DNA of 64,000 nucleotides from Chitinophaga pinensis (GTDB lineage Bacteria; Bacteroidota; Bacteroidia; Chitinophagales; Chitinophagaceae): NCBI GenBank assembly GCA_943373145.1, contig CALSBI010000010.1, positions 137,379 to 201,378 of the forward strand, read 5' to 3'. Shown piece by piece: positions 56,095 to 64,000 of this stretch (position 1 is its first letter; each line of letters starts with the position of its first letter). The notes under the pieces were generated by a model. It saw only the letters and a program-made list of their open reading frames with translations, ran no database searches and was not told where the DNA came from. The position numbers and the translations under genes were made by a program.

Positions 56095-57606
56095 ATGAAA
56101 AAAATCAAGACTACATCCTTGTGCCTAACCATGTTGCTAATTGGCATGGGCGCACATGCCCAAAACACTTTTTCCAAAGGTGCTGTAAACACCGCCATCC
56201 CCCTCGGTAATTTTGAAGTATTCCGTGCCGAAAATGGCTTGATTGCGCATCGGGTGGCCGGCACCATTGGCGCTTTTAATGCGGGCGACCAGTGGATTGG
56301 TATTGGACGGCCCCTATCCCGCTTATATGGTTACCGGGCACAGTGGGCCGGTCAGGCACTTACGCTTAGTTTGCAAGACCGCGACGGCAACTTGGTCACT
56401 ACCAACGACAAGGATGCAGAACTGCAATGGGGCAACCAAAGCGGTACGCAGTTTAATTTTAATTACATCAACAACCCTAATTTAGCCACTGGCTTTACCA
56501 GGGTAATGCAACTGCGCGACAATGGCCAGATATTTATGTCGAACGACCCCAATGAATTTGGCAGCACATTTGGCAAATTGTATGTAAGGGCCGGTGCTGC
56601 CGGTCGCAACATCGGTATCAATGTGTCGGCCAATGGCACCAGCAGTGATGGCGGTTATGGGTTATACACTTCAGTAGGCGGTACCAGTCCGCTGGGTGTT
56701 TACGGTGTATATGGATTTGCAGGTGCCGAAAATTCACCCATCAATGCAGGCATTGTGGGCCGCTTGAACTTTGACCCCTCTATTGAAAGCAATACGGCCA
56801 ACTATGCCGTTTTTGGAGATGCCGGTGGCGCAACCGCCTCCAATTTTTGGGCGGGCTATTTTAATGGCCGTACTTTTTGCAATGCGGGTGTATGGACAAG
56901 TTCTGATGCCAAATTAAAAACGAATGTAAAAAGCGAAACAGATGCATTGACCAAAATCATGCAGTTGCGCCCAGCTACTTACAATTACAAAAAAGCCGAT
57001 TTCCCCGGCATGTCTTTGCCAACAGAATTACAGCATGGATTTATTGCACAGGAAATGGAAGCTGTTTTTCCTGAATTTGTAACCGATGTTAAAGGGCCCA
57101 AAGGTTTTGACAAGGCCGGTAAATTAGAGGGCATGATGGATTTTAAAGCCATTAACTACACGGCCCTGATTCCGGTGCTTACCAGTGCCATACAGCAACA
57201 GCAGCAGCAGTTGGAAACACAAAAGCAGGAATTGGCGCAATACCAGCAATTAACCGAAAAGCTATTGCAAAAAGTTACTGCCATGGAACAGGTACTGAGT
57301 GCCAAAACAACCAATGATAAACCCGCCGACAATGGTAACGCTGCTTTTTTGATGCAGAATACACCCAACCCTGCTAGCGGCAATACGGCCATCCGCTACT
57401 TTATCCCTTCCGATAAAGCGGGTACAGCGGCCATTACCGTTACCGATGCCGGCGGACGTCAAGTAATGCAGTTTGCTAACCTTACCAAAGGCACACTCGC
57501 TACCATCAATATCAATGCGGGTAATTTAAAACCGGGCACTTATGTTTATAGCCTATTGCTCGATGGCGCTGTATTGGAAACCCGTAAGTTGGTGATTGCA
57601 GAATAA
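56095..57606 (+). CDS. tail-fiber-like protein with peptidase S74 intramolecular chaperone domain and T9SS type-A C-terminal sorting domain
   Basis: It has a signal peptide. The S74-type block is SDAKLKTNVKSETDALTKIMQLRPATYNYKK...HGFIAQEMEAVFPEFV. A coiled-coil QQQQQQLETQKQELAQYQ follows. The C-terminus is NTPNPASGNTAIRYF...GTYVYSLLLDGAVLETRKLV. Confidence 0.85.
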   Translation: MKKIKTTSLCLTMLLIGMGAHAQNTFSKGAVNTAIPLGNFEVFRAENGLIAHRVAGTIGAFNAGDQWIGIGRPLSRLYGYRAQWAGQALTLSLQDRDGNLVTTNDKDAELQWGNQSGTQFNFNYINNPNLATGFTRVMQLRDNGQIFMSNDPNEFGSTFGKLYVRAGAAGRNIGINVSANGTSSDGGYGLYTSVGGTSPLGVYGVYGFAGAENSPINAGIVGRLNFDPSIESNTANYAVFGDAGGATASNFWAGYFNGRTFCNAGVWTSSDAKLKTNVKSETDALTKIMQLRPATYNYKKADFPGMSLPTELQHGFIAQEMEAVFPEFVTDVKGPKGFDKAGKLEGMMDFKAINYTALIPVLTSAIQQQQQQLETQKQELAQYQQLTEKLLQKVTAMEQVLSAKTTNDKPADNGNAAFLMQNTPNPASGNTAIRYFIPSDKAGTAAITVTDAGGRQVMQFANLTKGTLATININAGNLKPGTYVYSLLLDGAVLETRKLVIAE

Positions 57607-57620
57607 GGGATTGCAACAGG

Positions 57621-57962
57621 GGATGAGGCTGGATACTGGATACTGGATGCTGGTTGCTTGATGCTGGATACTTGATACTGGATACTGGATATGGTTAGGC
57701 AAGTATCTAGCATCTGCTATCTATTATCTGCTATCTAGTATCTGCCATCTAGTATCCGCCATCCAGCATCTGCTATCTAGTATCCAGCCCCCAGCATCCG
57801 CTATCAAAAAAAAGAGGCTGTCTCAAAAGGACAGCCTCTTTTTTATTATATCACCGGAGACGTTGGTCGTGGGTCGTTGACCGTTGGCCGTTGGCCGCTA
57901 ACCGTTGGCCGTGGGCGCAAACTTTCAACTCTCCACTTTCAACTTTCAACTCGCAACTCTCC
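57621..57962. repeat. intergenic heptamer-repeat mosaic (instance j), interrupted by a bidirectional terminator
   Basis: It has a ggatact/ggatgct run and a ctgctat/ctagtat/ccagcat run. After the terminator come a cgttggt/cgttgac/cgttggc run and a tcaactt/tcaactc run. Confidence 0.9.
57806..57845. terminator. bidirectional intrinsic terminator between convergent genes
   Basis: The sequence is aaaaaaa-agaggctgtc-tcaaaag-gacagcctct-tttttt, a 10-bp perfect stem flanked by an A-run and a T-run. Confidence 0.85.
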
Positions 57963-60900
57963 CTAATTCGTCCCGTTCAGCTTCAGCTCAAACCCTGAAC
58001 CTACGGTAACCGAGGCACCCGTTCTTACGGTAAGGGTTTTGATTTCCACGTTTTGGTTGATCACCGGATAGTTGGGAACACTGCTCCTGATGATTACGGT
58101 TGAAGTGGCAGTGGGCACATTGCCACAGGCCCAGTTGCCGGCCGTATTCCAATCGGTGTTTACCGCACCAATCCATTCGCTGGTAGTGGTAGGCCGCACA
58201 TGCACGGTAACAAAAGCCGTATCGGTACAACCCGTTGCCAAATTGCTAAATACTACTTGGTAAATGCCCGAATCCAATGAAGATACATTGGTGAGTGTGG
58301 GGTTTTGCAAGGTGGAAGTAAAGCCGTTGGGGCCTGACCATGCATAACCTACTGTGGCAGGCGCAAAGCTAATGCACTGACCAGCAGTTAACGATGCTGT
58401 ATTGAAAGAATACTGGACGGCAGCGGTACTGGTCCACTGTAAGCCCACAGTGGCAGTTACACCTAAATCTTGGGTTGCGTTGCCAAACAGCACATCATCG
58501 TACACATAGTGTATCAGTCCACTCGCAGTATCCAACTGTATTTGGAACTTCACGGTACCGGTTAAGAAATCATTGTGTGCTGTATTGCTGTATTGGATGA
58601 TGAACTTGGTGCCCACCGTATCCAGCTTGATATTGGTTGCGGGGCCAGTTGTGGCAATATCCAAATCATCCCACCAAGGCATCAACAAAATATTACCGGC
58701 TGTATTGGCCGTAGTAGGCAATGCAGCGTTGGCGGTTGTAATATCCCCACTGGTAGAACCCAATGCTACCGCACCGTTCATGCCTACACGGGCCGTGGTA
58801 TAAGTTACCCCGTTGAATGTAAACTGTGGCATACCGATATTATGCTCCGAATCATCCGACAGCACTGTAATGCTGGTGACTGTAGGGTTGGCATCAATAT
58901 CAATGAAAGCTTCCGTGCCCGCAGGGTTCATGCTATACCCTACACTAGCCGATGAAGTAAGGTTCACATTGCCGCCGATACAAACCGTATCGGGTGTGGC
59001 CGTGGCCGTAATATTGGCCGGTTGTGGGTTCACGTTCAACAACACAATAATCGATGTGTCGAAGCAACCTGTAACACCATCAGTAATTTTTACCCTATAA
59101 GATCCCGCTGTACCCGTTGCATAAGTGGCGCTGGTGGCACCGCTGATGGCCACATTGTTGCGCAGCCAAGCAAAAGCAGGTGTGGCAGCATTGGTGCCGG
59201 CGGCACTGAATGTTTGCGTACCCGGCGCACAAATGGTAAGTGGACCAGCAGGCGTAACAGGCACCGTTGGCTTGGCCACAATGGTAATGGCTATCACCGA
59301 AGAAGAATCAACCGATGCACTGGTTGGGCAAGCCACAGCCAGTCTGTAATAAGTAGTGGTGGTAATGGCCGGGCTAATGGTATAAGCGGAAGGCGTTGTT
59401 GCACCACCGATTGCCGTCCATGGGCCAGTGGCGCTGGGGCCAGATACCCATTGGTAAGTGGTGCCCACTCCGGTAGAATATCCTGAAACGGAAATGGTAC
59501 CGGTATAGCTTACGCAGCCAAAAGCACTGCCCACTCCCAAGCCGCCAATGGCTTCCGAACAAGGAATTGAAGCAAATTCATCCACACCCATATCCGGCGT
59601 GGTAGCACTCCTGGTATCGCCGTCAATATCCGTAGTTACAGCGGCCAGTGCTGTACCCAAATTGTCCAATGCTACGTTATTGCCGTTATCCAAATGAAGG
59701 TCGATATTGGAGATAAAGGTTGGTAACACATTGATGGAGTTGGCCTCCTGTGCCGTAGCCGCTTGCCATGCCGCCAACGTGGTATTGTTTACCGCATTGA
59801 ACCTACCGATGTTGTTGGTAACATTGGTGGCATTGCAATAGAGGTTGTTGTAATTGAGCGTAGTACCTGCCAAAGTAGTAGCTGGGGTGTAGTAAGCCCA
59901 GAAGTTACCGCCCGCAGTACCACTCGATCCGGTTATGCTGAAGATATTGTTCCGTACATCTATATTGGTGCCAATTGCCGTGATATTGCCATCGCCATTG
60001 GCAAAGGCTGCTGCCAAACCGCTTGCGCTATTGGCCAATTGGCCGGCAAGATGCACCGTGTTGTTGTAAAACCTATCGCCATAACCCGCACCGGCCAAGA
60101 TACCTGTTACATTCCAAACAGCACTGGTGCCGGTGGAAGTGATATTAGAGATGGCGTTGTTGTAAATCAAAGCATTGGATGGATTGCCCACCGTTGTATA
60201 GCTGGAGCTGGTTAGTGCAATACCATAGTACTTGGGTGAGGAAGTGCCCGTGTAGCTCATGCTATGTATCTTGTTATTATAAGCTTGGCCATTTTTAAAG
60301 TCCAGCAGCCTGATACCAAATACATTGCTCGCTGTAGTAGCATTGGTTATGTTCCGTATTTCATTACCCGATACAACCATGTTTTCTTGCCTATCGGCAT
60401 AAATGCCAGTCAGCGCAAATCCTTCACCTGCTGTAGCCGTACCAAAGTTGTTGTTGCTCACCACATTGTTCTGATCGGGTGATGCAGCCACGTAGCCAAA
60501 CAAGGCCAAACCATGCTGCGTTTTGCGGAACAGGTTATTGGTAATGGTATTGTTGTTGTTCCTTTCCGCACCTATAGCCGAAAGGCTGATGGTGGTATTG
60601 CCGCCCACATACATACCCAAGAACGAAGTGGTAGCTGAATTACCTTCAATAACGCAGTTCTTAACTGTGTTAAAGGTACCGCCATTGCCCGTAGCAGGCG
60701 CAGCGATCCAAACTACGGCATTGCCCGTTGTAGTAGCGGTAGTATTTTGGATGGTCAGGTTCCTGCTGTTGGTATTGTTGTTGCTACCTTCGATGGTAAC
60801 ATAATCCGCACCGTTCAGTTTAATGATGGAACCTGCACCCACAGCACCGGTTATCAATGGGCTGATACCCGTAGCCGGTTTAATGGTCAATGTATTGGTA

Positions 60901-63900
60901 GCACTGGCCGATGCATTGGCATTGATGGTGATGGGGAAAGTTTCCGATGTGCTATAGTTGGCATCGGTAAGGTTGAACACCACCGGACCACAAAGCGCAC
61001 GGGTATTGTACTCGGCCACCGCTGCCGTTAAAGTAGGGAAGTTGCCGCCCACACCTACGGTAAATGTACCGGTAATGCCCGTTTGCAAGTTGTTCTGTGT
61101 AAAGGCATCATTGCCCGGCACGCCATCTGCACCGCCGTTGGGGCTGCTAGTGGTGGCCGTAATACTGTAAATAGTACCCGCTGCAAAAGTGAAGTTGCCC
61201 ACCACAAAAGTTTGTGAAGCACCGGGCGCCAAGCTAATGGCACCTGGGTTGAACTGTGGTTGCGCACCACCGGGGGTTACCGACCAATCAATCAATAAGC
61301 TGGTAATGGTTACGGTACCCAAGTTTCTAACGGTAACCGAAACAGGATTTGAACCAACGCATAATGCGGGCACTACAATGGCAGTTGCCGCTGCATCCGT
61401 TACCGTTGGCGCTGTAAATTCATCCACACCCATATCAGGGGCGGTGGCGCTCCTAGTGGTACCGTCAATATCGGTAGTAACCGCCGCAATGGGCGTACCA
61501 AAATTGTCCAACAAGAAATTGCTGGCTGGCACCAAGTGCAGGTCGGTATTGGAAACAAATACTGGCGCAATATTGATGGAGTTGGCTTCCTGTGCAGTGG
61601 CCGTTTGCCAAGTTGCAAGTGTGGTATAGTTTAATGAATTGAACCTGCCAATATTGTTGGTAACATTGGTAGCGTTGCAATACAGGTCATTGTAATTGAG
61701 CGTAGAGCCTGCCAATGTGGTAACCCTTGAGTAATAAGCCCAATAGTTACCGCCTACCGCTCCATTGGAGCCAGTAACACTGAAGATATTGTTCCTTACA
61801 TCAATATTGGTACAGGTAGTGGTTATGTTGTCATCGCCATTGGCAAAGGCTGCTGCCAAACCAGCGGTGGTATTGGACAACTGTCCGGTTAAATGCACCG
61901 AGTTGTTATAAAAGCGGTCGCCATAACCTGCGCTCGCCAAGATGCCGGTAAGGTTCCAAACCGAACTGGTACCTGTAGAGGTAATGCGGGAAACCGCATT
62001 GTTGTAAACCAATGCATTTGAGGGGTTACCCGCAGTGGTAAAGGTTGAACTGGTGATAGCGATACCGTAAATCTTGGGTGTGCTTGTTCCAGTATAAGCC
62101 AGATCGTGTATGTTGTTGTTGAAACACTGTCCGTTTTTGAAATCAAGCAAACGGATACCGCCAAACGGTGTAGATGAAGTATTGGTGGCATTCACCACGT
62201 TTTGCACTTCATTGCCCGAAACAATAAAATTCTGCTGGCGGTCGGCGTTAATCGCCAATAGTGTAAACCCTTCACCCGCAGTAGCCGTGCCATAGTTATT
62301 GTTGGAAATAACGTTATTCAAATCGGGCGATGTAGCCGAAAAACCAAACATGGTAGTACCATACTGCGTTTTGCGGAGCAGGTTATTGCTAATGGTATTA
62401 TTACTATTCGCTTCATTGCCCGCTGTGGCTAAACCAATGGTGGTACTGCCACCAATATGGATACCGGTAAAGCTGGTAGTGGATGAGTTACCTTCTACAA
62501 TACAATTCTTGATGGTATTGTTACCAGCACCATTGCCTGTTGCTGGCGAAGCCAACCATATTACAGCGTTGCCCGATGTGGTGGCCGTTGTATTTTGTAT
62601 GGTAAGGTTACGTGTGTTGCTGCCGTTGTTGCTGCCATCGATGGTAACATAATCGGCACCGTTCAACTTGATGATGGCCCCAGCGCCCACGGCACCGGTA
62701 AGCACAGAACTTACCCCGGCATCGGGTTTGATCAGTACAGGGTAAGGCCCTGCTGCGCAACCGTTATTATTTATGTTGTTAAGCGCAACAGTACCGGGTT
62801 CGGTTATGCTCGCATCCAAAATATTTGCCGTTAAAGATCCCGACAAGCCATTGGTATTAATGGCTTCAAATAAACCGCCCGTTCCGGTGATGGTGGGGTA
62901 AGTACCCGCCGCGCCTACGGTAACCGTACCAGATAAACCGGCTGGCACAAATGTGTAACTGTTAATGGTACCACCAATGGGGAAGGCCGCGGCCGTTAAT
63001 GCCACAGAACTTGGGTTGGCGGTAAAAGTACCGTTATTGATACCCACGTTGGGGGTTCCGGCATTATCCTGTGCCACTACAAAATACTGTATCACATCTC
63101 CGGTTGTAGCACCGCCACCACCAAATAGTAAGGTATAATCAGTAGTAAAGCTAAAGGGGCTACCACCCGCACCAGTGGCCTCTACATATTTCCAGCCATC
63201 GGTTCCGTTGGTATTATCGTTAAATGTATTAGCGTTGGTCGATTTTTTGTAATACAGCCTAGGGCGTGTGCCGGGGGCTATATTTACACCGCTGGCATCG
63301 CTAACGGTTACCGGTGCTAATACCGCATTGGCTATGCAGGATGTATTTGTAAGCAGTGCATAAGCAATTGATGGCCCTGTTAAGTCGGCCGCTATACCGG
63401 TAAACTCATCGGCGCCCATATCGGGTGAGGTAACATTTCTGGTGTTGCCATCATAATCATCTGTTATACCCGCAACAGGGATACCACCGCTTTCAATTTG
63501 TGTGGCCGTGGCAGGGTCAATATGCAAAAAGTCGGTGGCCGAACCCGTTGTGCTCAAGAAGAGCGGGTTTTCGGAAACCGAAGCCGATTCAGCTGGCGCA
63601 ATACGGGCTTTAAAAGCACCCATCGTTTGATCGCTATTGGTGCCATCGTAAAAAATAAGGTTGGAAGCCGAAGGGGCACCGGCATAGAATAAATTGTTAT
63701 TGGAAGCCGAAGCATAGTTGTTTAAAGCAGTGCCCGAACGCTGGTAGGCTACTGAAAAACCAGTGCCGGCAGGCAATGATTGGTTTACCAATACATTATT
63801 CTTCAGCGTTAAGTTGCCCGAAGTAGCGGTAGTTGATACCGTGGCATACAGGGCCGCCGTGCCAAAGTTGGCACCCGAAGAAGAGGCGTTGAGGAAAACG

Positions 63901-64000
63901 CTGTTGAATGAAAGATTAAAATTGGATGTGGTGGTAGTGCCAACCACATTAATACCCCTAATAGTAGGCGCCGTAGTGGTAACAGCATTGGGGGCTTTTA
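57963..64000 (-). CDS. giant secreted protein, N-terminus outside window (tandem ~620-aa parallel beta-helix modules, Ig-like domains, NIDO-like domain, shared C-terminal module)
   Basis: The frame remains open from the listed GTG at 63947 to base 63996 (translated by hand: KAPNAVTTTAPTIRGIN...), and there is no signal peptide at 63947. Two complete and one partial module each end in D.DG.TR....PDMG.DEF. The C-terminus is WIGAVNTDWNTAGNWACG...LTVRTGASVTVGSGFELKLNGTN. Confidence 0.9.
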   Translation of the reverse strand, partial: KAPNAVTTTAPTIRGINVVGTTTTSNFNLSFNSVFLNASSSGANFGTAALYATVSTTATSGNLTLKNNVLVNQSLPAGTGFSVAYQRSGTALNNYASASNNNLFYAGAPSASNLIFYDGTNSDQTMGAFKARIAPAESASVSENPLFLSTTGSATDFLHIDPATATQIESGGIPVAGITDDYDGNTRNVTSPDMGADEFTGIAADLTGPSIAYALLTNTSCIANAVLAPVTVSDASGVNIAPGTRPRLYYKKSTNANTFNDNTNGTDGWKYVEATGAGGSPFSFTTDYTLLFGGGGATTGDVIQYFVVAQDNAGTPNVGINNGTFTANPSSVALTAAAFPIGGTINSYTFVPAGLSGTVTVGAAGTYPTITGTGGLFEAINTNGLSGSLTANILDASITEPGTVALNNINNNGCAAGPYPVLIKPDAGVSSVLTGAVGAGAIIKLNGADYVTIDGSNNGSNTRNLTIQNTTATTSGNAVIWLASPATGNGAGNNTIKNCIVEGNSSTTSFTGIHIGGSTTIGLATAGNEANSNNTISNNLLRKTQYGTTMFGFSATSPDLNNVISNNNYGTATAGEGFTLLAINADRQQNFIVSGNEVQNVVNATNTSSTPFGGIRLLDFKNGQCFNNNIHDLAYTGTSTPKIYGIAITSSTFTTAGNPSNALVYNNAVSRITSTGTSSVWNLTGILASAGYGDRFYNNSVHLTGQLSNTTAGLAAAFANGDDNITTTCTNIDVRNNIFSVTGSNGAVGGNYWAYYSRVTTLAGSTLNYNDLYCNATNVTNNIGRFNSLNYTTLATWQTATAQEANSINIAPVFVSNTDLHLVPASNFLLDNFGTPIAAVTTDIDGTTRSATAPDMGVDEFTAPTVTDAAATAIVVPALCVGSNPVSVTVRNLGTVTITSLLIDWSVTPGGAQPQFNPGAISLAPGASQTFVVGNFTFAAGTIYSITATTSSPNGGADGVPGNDAFTQNNLQTGITGTFTVGVGGNFPTLTAAVAEYNTRALCGPVVFNLTDANYSTSETFPITINANASASATNTLTIKPATGISPLITGAVGAGSIIKLNGADYVTIEGSNNNTNSRNLTIQNTTATTTGNAVVWIAAPATGNGGTFNTVKNCVIEGNSATTSFLGMYVGGNTTISLSAIGAERNNNNTITNNLFRKTQHGLALFGYVAASPDQNNVVSNNNFGTATAGEGFALTGIYADRQENMVVSGNEIRNITNATTASNVFGIRLLDFKNGQAYNNKIHSMSYTGTSSPKYYGIALTSSSYTTVGNPSNALIYNNAISNITSTGTSAVWNVTGILAGAGYGDRFYNNTVHLAGQLANSASGLAAAFANGDGNITAIGTNIDVRNNIFSITGSSGTAGGNFWAYYTPATTLAGTTLNYNNLYCNATNVTNNIGRFNAVNNTTLAAWQAATAQEANSINVLPTFISNIDLHLDNGNNVALDNLGTALAAVTTDIDGDTRSATTPDMGVDEFASIPCSEAIGGLGVGSAFGCVSYTGTISVSGYSTGVGTTYQWVSGPSATGPWTAIGGATTPSAYTISPAITTTTYYRLAVACPTSASVDSSSVIAITIVAKPTVPVTPAGPLTICAPGTQTFSAAGTNAATPAFAWLRNNVAISGATSATYATGTAGSYRVKITDGVTGCFDTSIIVLLNVNPQPANITATATPDTVCIGGNVNLTSSASVGYSMNPAGTEAFIDIDANPTVTSITVLSDDSEHNIGMPQFTFNGVTYTTARVGMNGAVALGSTSGDITTANAALPTTANTAGNILLMPWWDDLDIATTGPATNIKLDTVGTKFIIQYSNTAHNDFLTGTVKFQIQLDTASGLIHYVYDDVLFGNATQDLGVTATVGLQWTSTAAVQYSFNTASLTAGQCISFAPATVGYAWSGPNGFTSTLQNPTLTNVSSLDSGIYQVVFSNLATGCTDTAFVTVHVRPTTTSEWIGAVNTDWNTAGNWACGNVPTATSTVIIRSSVPNYPVINQNVEIKTLTVRTGASVTVGSGFELKLNGTN

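Noticed and set aside
56095-57606. Prophage remnant, suggested by the tail-fiber and S74 chaperone similarity.
   Set aside because: No capsid, terminase, integrase, baseplate or lysis genes flank it. The protein carries a signal peptide and a T9SS sorting tail, so it is a cellular surface protein.
1-64000. Search for tRNA, rRNA, tmRNA, RNase P and transposase or integrase genes.
   Set aside because: I found no T-loop GTTCGA-type cloverleaf candidates, no conserved RNase P (GAGGAAAGTCC) or tmRNA tag-end signatures, and no DDE or tyrosine-recombinase motifs. This was an eye scan only. tRNAscan-SE and Infernal would be needed for certainty.

Overview
This window looks like Bacteroidota chromosomal DNA, probably Chitinophagales or Sphingobacteriales. 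The pointers are T9SS type-A C-terminal sorting domains, SdrD-B-type giant adhesins and a TPR/HisKA_2 sensor kinase. I support about 33 protein-coding genes. I found no rRNA, tRNA, CRISPR array, transposase or integrase by eye. Housekeeping genes are present: ispE, cmk, clpC, pgi, trhO, an SDR-type threonine dehydrogenase-like gene, an arginase-family hydrolase, a bifunctional nuclease and a partial alpha-2-macroglobulin. They are interleaved with very large secreted proteins. Two paralogous CBM + SdrD-B repeat adhesins (2714 and 741 aa) carry T9SS tails. Two giant proteins (2463 aa and more than 2000 aa, the latter running off the 3' edge) combine beta-helix, LTD and NIDO-like regions. The most interesting stretch is about 37.7-64 kb. 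It holds a TPR histidine kinase + LuxR regulator pair, an FGE/SUMF1-like secreted protein, a YNGG-repeat protein, a cholesterol-dependent-cytolysin-like (CDCL) pore-former candidate with an unknown partner gene, and the two giant proteins. Two sequence features link these genes. Three of the proteins share a ~70-aa C-terminal module that differs from the T9SS tails seen elsewhere in the window. Four transcription units share an upstream box (TTATCACCCGnTTGGGGGATTTT). At least ten intergenic regions are built from a recurring vocabulary of mostly heptanucleotide tandem repeats, several with a conserved ~35-nt hairpin-containing core. Other non-coding oddities are a five-unit ~41-bp hairpin array, a 218-bp hairpin-rich element bounded by inverted repeats, and a degenerate 18-21-bp repeat field. 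All functional calls come from motif recognition by eye. No database search was run.
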